Positions 23,682 through 37,400 of a DNA stretch of 64,000 nt are shown here, one piece after another. The translations under genes were made by a program, and so were the position numbers. Source of the stretch: Octopus sinensis (taxonomy: Eukaryota). Numbering within the stretch: the stretch's first letter is position 1; every line of letters starts with the position of its first letter. Location of the stretch: contig NC_043015.1 of assembly GCF_006345805.1 (NCBI RefSeq), positions 48,794,001 through 48,858,000 on the forward strand. The letters run 5' to 3'. The notes below the pieces were generated by a model. That model saw only the letters and a program-made list of their open reading frames with translations. It did not search any database and was not told the origin of the DNA.

Positions 23682-25267
23682 TTATTTGTGTATTAAGGCT
23701 ACCATTGGCTTCATGTTAAGGAATGCCCCGACAATTACCAAGCCTATTATCACATGGAACATTTATGTTCATCTCCAGTTTGGATTAAAACACAGAAAGT
23801 CACAATAAAATCACATGAAATTTTCAGTAAACGAAAGGGAAACAAAGACATCAAGGGAAACAAACTGTGAATGTTTATTTTCCTTCAATTCGACTTTTGG
23901 AAAAATTAAATTATCAGAATGCAATATATAAGAAAACGAACCTCATCACTTATCATTTTATCAATGTTGAAGCAAAAAATTAAAGCTACAAATCTTAAAA
24001 TTGAAGATAGAATAGAATGACATGTTAAAAAAATTTTTTTTTGAACTCTGAAAGATCATAAAGACAATTTTGCACAAAATTTTAGCTGTAGATTAACAAA
24101 TTCCACAAAAAGCAAAATAGGCATTACTCATAATTATCATCGTTTAATGTTTGCATTCCATGCTGGCAGGGGTTGGACAGTTTGACTGACGGCTGGTGTG
24201 CCAAAGGCTGCACCAGTCTCCAATCTGATCTGGCAAAGTTTCTACAGCTGGATGCCCTTCCTAACACCAACCACTCCGAGAGTGTAGTGGGTGCTTTTAC
24301 ATGTCACCGGCACGAGGGTCCATCAGGCAGTACTGGTATCGGCCACGCTCAAATGGTGCTTTACACATGCCACCTGTACAGGAGCCAGTTCGGCGACACT
24401 GGCGATAATCACGCTTGAATGATTCTTTTTTATGTGCCACCGGCATGGGAGCCAGTCTGCGCCCTGGTAACAATCACGCTCAAATGGTGCTTTTAACGTT
24501 CCACTGGCGATTCACTTGCCTCAACAGGTCTTCGCAAGCACAGTTTATTGGTTCGGCATATATTTATGTCATGCACTGTTTATTTATGTAAACTGTTATC
24601 ATTGTGAGGACCGTAAATTCAATGAAACTGGCATGGATGGATGTGACTGTAAATCCTGTAATGGACCAGAAAAACTTGTTGAACCTGTATGAATTTGATA
24701 GGAAGTCATAATGGAAATGGTGGTGTAACTGCCAAAACAGCTACTGTTATACTATTATGGTGATGAAGTCTTGAAATGAGTTGGAAAACAAACCTATCAG
24801 ATTCCTTGAAATTTGCATGGTGGCCTCTATTATTGATTCTGTGAGTGATAATGGATGTTTATATCAACTGCTACACAAACAGGTACAAAACTGCAGCAGA
24901 TAGGGCAGTGTATATTTTCATCATCTGGTTCAAAGCGCAGTGCAGGTAAATTTACATCACCCAATGTTATGGGGTTAAGTGCACAAAAATTTAAAGCTAC
25001 AAAAAATTTTGTGCAGGTTTAACATTAATGAAGGTATTTGTAGGCAACTATAAAAATTTGAATGAGTTATCCCCAAAGGGGATAACTCATACAAAGGTTG
25101 TTCCTCTTGATGTTTTTGTTTATCAAAATTCTCATGTGATTTTATTGTGACATTCCATGACATTTCATATTCTAATCCAAAATAGAGACAAACACTGATG
25201 TGATAGGTTTGATAATTGTTGAGGTATTTCTTACATGAAACCAATGGTAGCCTTAATGCACAAATAA
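23682..25267. mobile_element. Decayed TIR DNA transposon (Tc1/mariner-like), interrupted by a SINE
   Basis: ~37-bp inverted repeats TTATTTGTG(T/C)ATTAAGGCTACCATTGG(C/T)TTCATGT at 23682-23718 and 25231-25267. Faint transposase-like remnants (RKFNETG, QNC, LHHP, CDF) with many stops. Confidence 0.55.
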
Positions 25268-25268
25268 A

Positions 25269-25307
<39 letters not shown>

Positions 25308-25312
<5 letters not shown>

Positions 25313-26061
25313 GAAATATTAAAATAACTAAGTCTCTCTAAAAGAGAACAGCGGCAGCGTTCCCGGAAAATAATAGTTATCGCCATACTAATATGGCATT
25401 CTTATAAAAATAAGAAAAAAGCTGTCCACTTATTAGCTCCATGAGGCCATCGCCTTAAGTTAGCTATTTGATACACAAACTGTATCCATATAACCTTCGA
25501 ACAAGGGAGGTCAGTCGCTCCACACTACTTGACCGGCAGCTACAAGTAGTGTGGAGCGACTGACCTCCCTTGTTCGAAGGTTATATGGATACAGTTTGTG
25601 TATCAAATAGCTAACTTAAGGCGATGGCCTCATGAGCTAATAAGCGGACAGCTTTTTTCTTATTTTTATAAGAATGCCATATTAGTATGGCGATAACTAT
25701 TATTTTCCGGGAACGCTGCCGCTGTTCTCTTTTAGAGAGACTTAGTTATTTTAATATTTCTATTATTGAAAACAAGTGGATGTATTCCACCGAAACTAGG
25801 TAAATAAAACCATCGAACAGAGATTGTCGGAAGCGACACCTACTGGCTGGCTACGCTGCATTGAAAAGGGGCAATACTCCGAAACGCGTCTGTAGCTGCC
25901 GGTCAAGTAGTGTGGAGCGACTGACCTCCCTTGTTCGAAGGTTATATGGATACAGTTTGTGTATCAAATAGCTAACTTAAGGCGATGGCCTCATGGAGCT
26001 AATAAGCGGACAGCTTTTTTCTTATTTTTATAAGAATGCCATATTAGTATGGCGATAACTA

Positions 26062-26067
<6 letters not shown>
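25308..26067. mobile_element. Hammerhead-bearing non-autonomous element (retrozyme/pLTR-like), locus A
   Basis: Inverted arm 25308-25544, then ~1.4 direct copies of a 361-nt monomer (AAGTAGTGTGG at 25544 and 25905). Flanked by (TA)n. Confidence 0.8.
25855..25896 (+). ncRNA. Minimal type I hammerhead ribozyme, U3-A8 core variant
   Basis: GCTGCA TTGAAAA GGGG caata CTCC GAA ACGCGT C TGTAGC. Confidence 0.75.
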
Positions 26068-26099
<32 letters not shown>

Positions 26100-26189
26100 C
26101 AACCCATGCCAGCATGGTAAATGGACATTAAATGATGATGATGATATATATGTATGTATGTATGTATGTAGAAAATACGTATATGTATA

Positions 26190-27101
26190 TTTTGGGTCAT
26201 CCATAAATAATGCAGTCTTTTTTTCATGCCTCTTATTTTTCAAAATCAAGATAAACAAAGTTCTTTTTTAATCTTAAATATACTCTCCTTCATTTTCTAC
26301 AATGTTCGTCCATCTTTCTGGCAGACTCACAAGGCTCCTCTTCTAAAATTCACTTGACTCCACCAGTACTGTTCTGACCTCGTCTATAGAATTCATATTT
26401 TTTCCATTCAAATGTTTTTGAAGACTGGAATAAATGATAATCAGATAGGCAAGGTCTGGCGAATATGGTGGGTAAGGCATTGTTTCCCATTCAAACTGCT
26501 CCAGCCTTTGGAATGTTATCCTTACTGTATGTGGCCAAACATTATCCTGATGGAAGAACACCTTTCATCTTAAACCAAAGATGGTCGTTTTCCTTCTAGC
26601 GCTGACTTGAATGACTGGTTGAATGATCAAATCCAAGCTTCTCTGCTAGTTCCTCAACAGGTATGATGGGATTTTTTTTCCAACCAGGGCTTGCAGGACG
26701 TCCTCATTGAGCTTTACAGATCCCCTAGGATGAGGCTTGTCTTCTAGGCTGTAGTTTCCGGCTCGGAATTTCTGGAATCACTGTTGACACTGGCTTTCAT
26801 TTATTGTCTGACCCCCATATACTGTATTAATATTCCTCGCACTTTCCGTTGCTTTGTTGCCTTTATTGGAATCATGAAGCAAAATATACCGAATATGCTA
26901 CTTTGTCACTTCCATTATAGCTTTGAAAAAATAACTGTTAAATTTAAACTGCATTCTTCAAAACTTGCCCTAAGAATAAGGACGAGATAAAATTACTACC
27001 TGTTTTATAGCAAGTTGATGCAGGTAGTTAATCCCATCCCCCTCCGACTTTTAGTTCATGCAATTGAAAAAAACCACGTTATTTATGGGATGACCCAATA
27101 T
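26190..27101 (-). mobile_element. Degenerate mariner element
   Basis: TIR-like TTGGGTCATCCATAAATAA at 26191 and TTATTTATGGGATGACCCAA at ~27080. Remnant FHQDNVWPH...PYPPYSPDLA motif (26343-26561). Confidence 0.8.
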
Positions 27102-28290
27102 ATAATGTATATCTATGTATATATATGTAAATAATGATAATAATAATAATGGTTCCAAATTTTGCCACAAGAGCAGCAATTTTGGGGGAGGGAGAATAGT
27201 CGATTACATCGATCCCAGTACTTGACTGGTACTTAATTTATGGGCCCTAAAAGGATGAAAGGCAAAGTCGACCTCAGCAGAATTTGAACTCAGAAGATGA
27301 AGTCAGATGAAATGCCGTTAATCATTTTGCCCAGCGTGCTAACAATTCTGCCAGCTTCCTGCCTTAATAATAATTATATCAATAATAATAATAATCAACA
27401 ATTGTCAGAGCCCTGTGAACAGTGAGCAAAAATCTCGAGAAGTACGTGGAACAAATAGGGGCTGCAATAAGGGTGGAGCACTTGCAGAAAACAGCACTGC
27501 TTGGAAACGCTCGAATACTCCGGAAGGTGCTCGAAAAATAAGAGGTGTTACCTTATTTCACTGGTAGTGAACAGGTGACACTGTAGTACATCTCCTTTGT
27601 TAGAAGCTGTGCAAAGGCAATTATAACAATAATAATAATAATAATGATAATATAATAATAATAATAATAATAATAATCCTTTCTACTATAGGAACAAGGC
27701 CTGAAATTTGGGGCAGGGACATAGTCAATTACATTGACTCCAGTGTGTAACTGGTACTTAATTCATCGACCCCAAACTAATGAAAGGCAATGTTAACCTC
27801 AGTGTAATTTGAACTCAGAACATAAAGACAGACGAAGTGCTGCTTATTTGCTGACATTGCTTTGAATAAATCATGCATTATCGTGTAGCTTTCAAATTTT
27901 GATGAGGAGGTAACTATTAATTTTTAGAAAGATTTTGTCGGGCTGGTGTGAGAGGCCAGATCTGGACAATTTGAACATGAAAACAAGTGGAATAGTTTGG
28001 CTGGATATGGCCAGTTTAAATGCTAATGGTTTAATGCTGGTCATATTTTCAGACTCATGTAAGCATCTGTTATCTATCAGCTATAAAATCCCTGTGGCAT
28101 AAAGAAATCCATAAAACCCCAGAGATGCTTATATTCATCTTTTAACCATTCTTATTGGATTTCATAACTATAGATGAGAGACACTCTGAGATATGGATGG
28201 TGTTAATTACTTTTAATTCATGCGATCTTGATTAACTAATTAGCATTTTTCTCTCTATTCCCTTATCAAAATGTTTCGAATTATACTTAC

Positions 28291-28386
28291 CTGTCTTCAT
28301 TTATTGGTCCTCGAATATGTTTTAGCATAGTATAGCGTGCAACCAGTAGTGAGTGACGGTGAATATTATATTTGTGATGAGCAACT
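28291..28386 (-). CDS. GT7 glycosyltransferase exon
   Basis: ttttcag|A GTT...GAC AG|gtaagt. (R)VAHHKYNIHRHSLLVARYTMLKHIRGPINED(R), phase 2-2. Confidence 0.88.
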
Positions 28387-28723
28387 CTGAAAAATAGAAA
28401 TCACTCACTGAATATTTTTGATATCAGCAATTGATGAACTGAAATATATTGAGTGAAAAAGCAATTTTATATTACGATCTCTTTGCAGCTCCCACTGACC
28501 ATTCTTTCTTCCTTCTACAAAATGTGGGTAATCATGCAGCTCTACTACAAGAATCTGCTCTGTCCCCACCCCCTCTCGCTCTTTCTCTCTCATACTATAT
28601 CCCCTAAATCACCAGCATAAAGCCTCCATCAAGGGGTTTGTAGTCTTACAAGCTGCAGTGGGACTGAACCCGGAAACATGTGGTTGGTAAACAAGCTACT
28701 TACCACACAGCCACTTCTGCGCC

Positions 28724-28756
<33 letters not shown>

Positions 28757-28834
28757 TATATATAGATATATATATATATATATATATACATATATATACA
28801 TATATATACATTATATATATATATACATATATAT

Positions 28835-28886
<52 letters not shown>

Positions 28887-28906
28887 CATATATTATATAT
28901 ATATAC

Positions 28907-28943
<37 letters not shown>

Positions 28944-29025
28944 CATATATATATACATACATATATATATACATATATATTATATACATATATATATATA
29001 TATATATAATATATATATATAATAC

Positions 29026-29082
<57 letters not shown>

Positions 29083-29323
29083 CATATATATATAATAGAA
29101 ATATTAAAATTACTAAGTCTCTCTAAAAGAGAACAACGGCAGCGTTCCCGGAAAATATTAGTTATCGCCATACTAATATGGCATTCTTATAAAAATAAGA
29201 ATAAAGCTGACCGCTTATTAGCTCCATGAGGCCATCGCCTTAAGTTAGCTATTTGATACACAAACTGTATCCATATAACCTTTGAACAAGGGAGCTCAGT
29301 CGCTCCACACTACTTGGCCGGCA

Positions 29324-29365
29324 GCTACAGACGCGTTTCGGGGTATTGCCCCTTTTCAATGCAGC
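29324..29365 (-). ncRNA. Hammerhead ribozyme, U3-A8 variant (inverted arm)
   Basis: Reverse complement reads GCTGCA TTGAAAA GGGG caata CCCC GAA ACGCGT C TGTAGC. Confidence 0.75.
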
Positions 29366-29588
29366 GTAGCTAATAAGCGGTCAGCTTTATTCTTATTTTT
29401 ATAAGAATGCCATATTAGTATGGCGATAACTAATATTTTCCGGGAACACTGCCGTTGTTCTCTTTTAGAGAGACTTAGTAATTTTAATATTTCTATTATT
29501 GAAAACAAGTGGATGTATTCCACCGAAGCTAGGTAAATAAAACCTTTGAACAGAGATTGTCGGAAGCGACACCTACTGGTTTGGCTAC

Positions 29589-29630
29589 GCTGCATTGAAA
29601 AGGGGCAATACCCCGAAACGCGTCTGTAGC
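29589..29630 (+). ncRNA. Hammerhead ribozyme, U3-A8 variant
   Basis: GCTGCA TTGAAAA GGGG caata CCCC GAA ACGCGT C TGTAGC. Confidence 0.78.
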
Positions 29631-29865
29631 TGCCGGCCAAGTAGTGTGGAGCGACTGACCTCCCTTGTTCAAAGGTTATATGGATACAGTTTGTGTATCA
29701 AATAGCTAACTTAAGGCGATGGCCTCATGGAGCTAATAAGCGGTCAGCTTTATTCTTATTTTTATAAGAATGCCATATTAGTATGGCGATAACTAATATT
29801 TTCATATATATATATATATACATATATGTATATACATATATATATATATATACATATATATATAC

Positions 29866-29996
<131 letters not shown>

Positions 29997-30002
29997 CATA
30001 TA

Positions 30003-30051
<49 letters not shown>

Positions 30052-30066
30052 ATATATATACATATA

Positions 30067-30148
<82 letters not shown>

Positions 30149-30150
30149 TA

Positions 30151-30527
30151 CTAAGCAATAAGGGTTTAGCAACGAGTTGCCTTACCACATACCGAATTTA
30201 GAAATAGCAGTCAAAGGGTTATAGCTATTTCTTCTACTAAAAAGGGAGATCTCAGTAAAAACAGCATTTGGAAGGCAAATGCCTTCCAATGCTGTTTTTA
30301 CTGAGATCTCCCTTTTTAGTAGAAGAAATAGCTATAACCCTTTGACTGCTATTTCTAAATTCGGTATGTGGTAAGGCAACTCGTTGCTAAACCCTTATTG
30401 CTTAGTATTACTTAAATTTTCCTCGAATGAGGCTTTTACATGCCGAAGACTACTTGGTGTAATTGATAATTTTTCCAAATTAATTAATTTCACCCTTCAT
30501 TATTACGGATAACCATATATATAAATA
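30151..30527. repeat. Another foldback repeat next to a TA tract (probable PLE pLTR family; relative at ~32820-33090)
   Basis: ~125-bp inverted arms centred near 30280 (GGAAGGC-AAAT-GCCTTCC). Confidence 0.6.
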
Positions 30528-30754
30528 TATATATATATAAGGATAAAAATCATTATTTAAAATACCTATCATATCAAGTCACCAGCATGGGAATAAAAAC
30601 CTTACAGGTTATAATTAATATTAAAATTATAATGAAACTGGTGTCAGGACAGTTTAAATTTATCTTAATATTCAAACTGTATCTACTCCTACATATTCAT
30701 TGCTGACATAAATGTTAAGTTCACCTGTCATAAATTATAAATTGAATGTCTTAC

Positions 30755-30877
30755 CTGTTATATAGATCATCATCTTCTCCTCCCCAACCAAAATAACGAT
30801 TGGAAAAACCATTTATTTTCTGAAATTCTTCCTTTTTCATTGCTACAGCACCACCAAAAATAGTTTCGTATGGTAAC
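30755..30877 (-). CDS. GT7 glycosyltransferase exon with the catalytic WGGEDDD motif
   Basis: gttatag|G TTA...AAC AG|gtaag. (K)LPYETIFGGAVAMKKEEFQKINGFSNRYFGWGGEDDDLYN(R). Confidence 0.95.
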
Positions 30878-32131
30878 CTATAACGATGAATATGGTATAA
30901 TTGAAAAAAACATTCCACAAGTGTTAAGCTTCAACAAACGTTCCTCTGGCACAGGTGCCAATCACAAATGTTTTTTATATACATGAGATTAGTATAAAAT
31001 TTATCTAAGAAATAATAATGTAATCTATACGATTATTGATTGATAAATATGTATTTCTAATTTTTTTTTATTTGTTAATGATAATTTAGATACGTACATT
31101 TATTTAATTATTCTTATTTTGTAATTATTATATGTGAACTTAAATCGAAAAATATTAGTTTGGTTACTTTGTGAATTAGATTGTAAAATTTTTTAGTATA
31201 GGTAAAGTTTTTTATTACGTTTAGCACTATTGAATTTAATAATAATAATAAGTACTTTTTTCGCAAATAATTTTATAAACGATAAGTAATACGTTTTTAG
31301 TTTTGGAATTTTTTATTTTTTATTTCATAAATATTTTCGGAATGATAAGTATAATATTTATTTAAGAAATAATGGAGTAATTTATTTATTTATTTATATG
31401 TTTATTGATTGAAAAAATATGGATTTCTAATTGCTATATTTGTTAATTATAATTTAGATATGTACTTTTATTTAATTTTATAATTTTATTATTTTATATT
31501 TATTATATGTGAACTAAAATCTAAAAGTATTAAGAGTGATTGTTTTGTAAAATAGTTTGTAATGTAAAATATTAGAGTATAGCTAGCGAAAAGATATTCT
31601 ATAGTTTGTTAATGTTATTCTTAAAGCTAAATTATATATACAGATAAATACATTTTTCTATCTATTTACTCAATTTTGTTACCTTAGGTTTTTAACATGA
31701 TATTATAGGCACCTAGTCCTACTGTTTAAGTTTCATTATTAGTTAATGGAGTTTCTTCTATAAGAACAATCATGATTTTATTTCTTTAAGAAATATTGTT
31801 TAATTCTATTGAATTCTATTGAATTGTTTTTCGATTAAATTTATATTTAATTATAATTCGAATTTAAATTATAGCCATGAAACGTACATAGTCTTTTTAC
31901 TTATTATATATTGTTTATTCATTTTTGTACTTTTTGTGATCTAGTTATATGTTTTATAACATTTTTTTTTTCTTTATGATTTGGTTTATGTCTATCATTG
32001 TTTGAATTGCATAATAATGGTCTTTCTCTTATTTATATATATATTATATATTTATATTGTGAAATTTGATTTAATACTAAATTGAATTTTTCCCTGTAAG
32101 TTTGGAGTTATACTCCCTAATATTATTATTA

Positions 32132-32169
<38 letters not shown>

Positions 32170-34989
32170 TGTTCCTTCTCGAGCCATGCCTGCTTCATAA
32201 GGGGTGGTTTCCCGGTTTCCTTGGTGTATAGGTTCCTCACCTGGACAGGACGCCGGTCTGTCACATGTGAGCTGCAAGATGCAGGAAGAAAGAGTGAGAA
32301 AGAGTTATGGCAAAAGAGTCAGCAGAAGTTCACCATTACCTTCTGCCAGAGCCACGTGGAGCTTAGGTGTTTCACTCATAAACATGCACATCGCCTGGTC
32401 TGAGGTTCAAACCCATGATTCCTTGACTGTGAGTCTGCTGCTCTAACCACTAGGCCATGTGCTTCCACATATATATATATAGATAGATAGATATATATTA
32501 TTATTATTATTATTATTATTTAATGATTGAACATTACGTATCCATTTCCAAGTAAGTTTATATATAAATATACACGTATATATACACAAGATATATTCAC
32601 AAGATGTACAACTAGGTGCAGGTGTGGTTGTGAGATAAGATACATGGTTCTCAACCACGTGGTTCTGGTTTCAGTCCCATTATGTAGTCCCTTAAACAAG
32701 ATTGATTTACCATAGCCTTGGGCGAACCAAAGCTTTGTGAGGGACACAGAAAAAACAAGGAGAGAAAAAAATGTGTAGTGGCTAACAATCTATCATGGTG
32801 ACTGATATATATATATATAATAACAAAGGGTAAAATTAATTAATTAAGAAGTAATCAGTAATTTCACCAAGTAGAATTCGGCATGAAAAAGACCATTTCA
32901 TGGTAAGCTTAAGTAATACTTTATAATTAGGGTTCAGCAGAGATTTGCTTCACCACATACCGTAGTTTAGAAATAGCAGTCAAAAAATCTTAGCTATTCC
33001 TTCTACTTTAAAAGGAGCTCCCAGAAAAACCAAAGTACTTTGTGGCGTAGAAAATCTCTTCTGAACCCTAATTATAAAGTATAAAATGGGAAGCTTTATG
33101 AAAATAAACAAAAGACGAAGGCAGGTGGAGTACAAAAAAACAATTGTATTAGTATTATAAAGTATATATATATATGAATGTGTTTGTGTTTGTCCCCCCA
33201 ACATTGCTTGACAACCGATGGTGATGTGTTTATGTCCCCGTAACTTAGTGGTTTGGCAAAAGAGACCGATAGAATAAGTACTAGGCTTACAAAGAATAAG
33301 TCCTGGGGTCGATTTGCTCGACTAAAGGTGGTACTCCAGCATGGCCACAGTCAAATGACTGAAACAAGTAAAAGAGTACTACATCCACTTTGAATTATAT
33401 TCTATCACAAACAGGTCATTTGGAATTCCTTTTATACACTTGCAGAGACTATCCAGAAATGTTATATTTTTTTCATTCCAATGTAAAATTTACCAGTCTG
33501 AAAGAAAATACATTTCAGCATCCATATTTCTCAGTCAAATGTAATTCTTATCTATTCACATTATTTTGAATTAATCATACATTATCTTGCAGTTTCAAGA
33601 CTTTAATGATGTGACTGTTTATTTATTAGAATATCACTGTAGGGTAGGTGGGAGAGGCCAGATCTGACCAGTCTAAACATAAAACAAATAGAATATTTGG
33701 GCCAGATATAGCTGTATAGTTATTATACCTGCATTTAAGGTGGTGAGCTGGCAGAATTATCAGCATGCTGGACAAAGAGCTTAATAGCATTCCGTCCTGT
33801 ACGTTCTGGGTTCAATTTCCATCAATGTCAACTTTGCTTTTCATCCTTTTGGGGAAAATAAAATATGTAGCAGTCCAGTACTGGGGTCGATGTAATAGGG
33901 TTGATAATGGTTTTAAAAAGCCTACCAAAGTTGGAAGCTCAATTTATTTTCATGTTTCTACCAACCACAAATAAGCTCTTCTCATGCCAGTGACACCTAA
34001 AAGACAGCCGGTACACTCTCACTCAGTGGAGTGGTCGGCATTGGAAAGGGCATCCAGCTGGAGAAACCAGACTGAAGTCTGTTGCAGCTCGCTCACTTAT
34101 CAGCCCCAGCCAAATGATCTTACCCATGGAAAACAGATGCTAAATGATGATGATGATGATGATGATGAACAAATACGTAGAGGCTGTGTAAACATTCAAC
34201 TTATCTCGACAACCTTCTTCTTTTTCTCTCTTTTTTTCTAGTTTTTCTTTTTGTTTTTAGTTTACTCTTTGATATAACAGTTATTATATACCTGCAGGTT
34301 TTTGGGATATAAATTAACAGCAAGTTCTGTATCACAGTAACAAGTGGAGAGTTTTCAGACAGATTAATTTGTACAAATACTATCAAACGAAAATATGTTA
34401 TCAGAAATTAGGTGTCCTTCAGCCTTGGAAACGATATTTGATTAAGTTTTACTCTCTTCCATTAATCCTCACAGTTACACTATTTTCTTCACTGCTCCCT
34501 ACACTGAACTGATATCCTTTACATCCAACTCATTCCCTATCCCCAATCATCTGTCACTCTACTTTCACTCAGTGCACTTTTTTACACATTCACCTTTTAG
34601 CCCCTCTTGTATAATATTCTGTCTCGTATTCACATTGTACCTGGACCTTGCATCTCTTTCTTCGTATTCTCTCTCTCTCTTTCTCACTTTCCAGGTGAAC
34701 AAGTCATGCATTCACCTCTTCAGCAAGACACCTGCTTCTCTCTCTCTATCATAGACCCTTATTCCTTCAGTCTGTATCCTGCTTGGTTGCGGGGTCTTAT
34801 CTTGTGGGTACTTGATGGCACTACCAGTGCCGGAGCCACGTAAAAAGCATCCAGTATGCGCTTCTGAGTCGGCTTTAGGAAGGGCATTCAGTAGGGTCCT
34901 CTGGTTCATCTGTCCTTGTCAAACCGTCCAACCCATGCCAGCATGGAAAAAAGAATGTTAATGATGATGATGATGATAGGTTTACTTAC

Positions 34990-35177
34990 TTATACTTCAT
35001 TTTGTCCACAGCAACGGACATATGTCTTGGAGTTTCTTCACAATCATAGATGTTTTTATCATTTTCAGGTATTAAGTCAATATCATGGAAAATAAAACAA
35101 CTATAATTGTAGAGTTTGAGCAATTCTGCAAAACCGACATTCATGAGCATCCCTCGATTGAAGGCAAGTGAATCGGA
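34990..35177 (-). CDS. GT7 glycosyltransferase exon with FNRG and the DxD motif
   Basis: atttcag|TCC...TAT AA|gtaagt. SDSLAFNRGMLMNVGFAELLKLYNYSCFIFHDIDLIPENDKNIYDCEETPRHMSVAVDKMKY(K). Confidence 0.95.
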
Positions 35178-35360
35178 CTGAAATAAATTTGAAAGGTAAA
35201 ACAAGACATGTAATATAGATTATTAAAAAATAAATAGCATACAGTTCGTATTTATTTTGAAATTTTGTATCAAGAATAATTAATTCAGTGTTAAAGTAAA
35301 TGTGAGCATGTCAAAGAGTATATATATGCATGTGTGTGTGTATGTGTATATATATATATA

Positions 35361-36633
35361 CAATATGTTACATTACTCGGTAGTCAAGATAAAACTCTGA
35401 GTTTCAGATGCCGAAGTGGAAATCCACAACACCATCTCTTCGGTTATCTGGCTATTTGAAAACGTTATGAAAAAATAAAGGGAAATAACTCTGCTTGCCT
35501 GCGTACTTATACATCATTCGCATTTTTCGTCATAAAAATTATATAAAAATACATAAAAAATATATAAAAAATATATAAAAATATATAAATTCTTCTTGGG
35601 ACATAACATAGAAAGCATGTTCTATCTGTTTTCTTTAGGGGACCAAAAACGTAACAGAAACTTAGTCACATGTGGGCATGATCCGAAAAGCTCTGTCCTT
35701 GTATTTAGACATGTAGTAGGGTCTAAGCTGCTTTTCCAGATAAGCCATCTCTCCATGTCGCATAGACCGCACCTTCTGCTGCCGTTAGTATAGGGCTTAC
35801 ATCTGGCCAAAATCTTCCATTGTATGTTATAATCGACACCTTTATCTCTTAAAGACCAAATATGATTAGACAATTGTGTCGCTTTTCTTTTGTTCCAGTG
35901 CCTAAAGCTCAAAGTGTGGTTATTGAACCTGGCCTTGAAATTACCCTCTGTAAGGCCCACGTATTTCTTCGTCGAAACGGTGTCTTTAGTGGTTATAGAG
36001 TTTACGGTAGCTTCATATATGATGGTCTTGGACATGCAAGCTCCATTTAGCGGGCACAATTCTTTATTCCTGCATGAACAGCTGTTTTCTTCTTGTGTTT
36101 TTTGTATGTTATGTTTGATTATGTTTTTAAAATTGGTAGTTGAACTAAAACTAATTTTTAAATTGTGTCTATTGAAGAGTTTCCTATAAGTATGGTTAAC
36201 TGGAAAATGTCTATCTATCAGTGCTAGGAAATATTTACCTATATTGAAGGTCACCTCGGGTGAGTAAGGGGGTGTAAACCAGATGACCTTCCTATTTCTA
36301 TTATTCCTTTTCTTTACTGTTGGGCTAGTGATAGGTGTATATTTTATTTTATCGCTAAAACCACTATCTTTTAAAGCCTTATTATAAACTGGGGCAACGC
36401 TATTGAAGATGTCCTCATCAGATGAGAGGCTAGAAATCCTCTTACTAATATTTTTAACTAAATTTTTGAATACTATAGGGGGATGGCATGAACCTACATT
36501 AATATAACTTAGTCTATCATTGGGCTTCCTATAAGGCTTATAAATATTCTTATTAAGATCTAAGGAAACGTCTAAGAAATTGACAACCGTCAAGTTAGTA
36601 TCTATAGTTATACTAAGTCCGAAGTGCTTCATT
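35361..36633 (-). mobile_element. 5'-truncated Penelope-like element (Naiad-like, Cys-type) with intact linker + GIY-YIG and pLTR
   Basis: ORF 35622-36632: VNFLDVSLDL...HPP...IWFTPPY...CSCRNKELCPLNGAC...IIYEA...YVGLTEGNFKARFNNH...CGLC...CPH. Antisense-stem pLTR at 35361-35460. Lies in the glycosyltransferase intron. Confidence 0.92.
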
Positions 36634-36869
36634 AACTGGATAATATCCCCTCTGTGTTTAGCCCCTTGTGGGTAATAAAGAAATAGGTATTTCTTCTGCT
36701 GCTACATTTGGAGTTCAAATTCAGCCAAGGTCGACTTTGCCTTTCATCCTTTCGGCGTCGATAAATTAAGTACCAGTTACGCACTGGGGTTGATATAATC
36801 GACTTAATCCGTTTGTCTGTCCTCTCTGTGTTTAGCCCCTTGTGGGTAGTAAAGAAATAGGCATTGTTC

Positions 36870-37400
36870 TCCCAGTCAGTCTCCTGCATATCATAGGCCT
36901 TTAATGAGGACGTGATACAGTTTTTAAATCGCAGCCTCGATTTCTCCCGGAGGTTCTTTCCATTCACAAATTCTCCATAGAGTATCTGTTTTGGGATCCT
37001 GCTATATTTCATTCTAAGATGTTCAGTTCAGCGTAACCGGTGCTTGTGACAATCACCTCAGTACTCAAGAAATCAGCTGTCCTCAGGACCTGTGTGCTTT
37101 CAAGGTCCAGCCAACATTCAGAATGTGTCTGAGACATCTCTGATGAAAGCGTTCAAGGACCCTTACATGACATTTGTAAAGGGTCCATGTCTCACATGAG
37201 TAAAGGGGTGATGTCAGTACATATGCACAGTACACAGTAATTTTTGTTTGCCTTGTGATGCTGGGACCAGACACAAGACTGAAGAGACCAGAAAGAATCA
37301 GTTGCTCTCTGCAGCCTGAAAGATATTTCCTCATCCAAGAACGGCTGAATGTGCTGCCCAGGTAGTTGGCTTGTTGCCAAGAATGCTTATGTCACATAGC
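36870..37400 (-). mobile_element. RTE-type LINE fragment
   Basis: YLGS...LYSCETWTLY...LERFHQRCLRHIL...RIPKQILYGE motifs. Confidence 0.75.

Larger units (their letters stand above)
29093..29802. mobile_element. Hammerhead-bearing non-autonomous element, locus B
   Basis: Inverted arm 29093-29370 containing a complete antisense ribozyme, then a direct ~363-nt periodicity (GCTAATAAGCGG at 29369 and 29732). Confidence 0.8.

Noticed and set aside
30415-30460. Possible fifth hammerhead family (GGC...GCC-GAA) in the 30151 and 32820 repeats
   Set aside because: The core differs between the two copies and fits no known variant; too degenerate to call.
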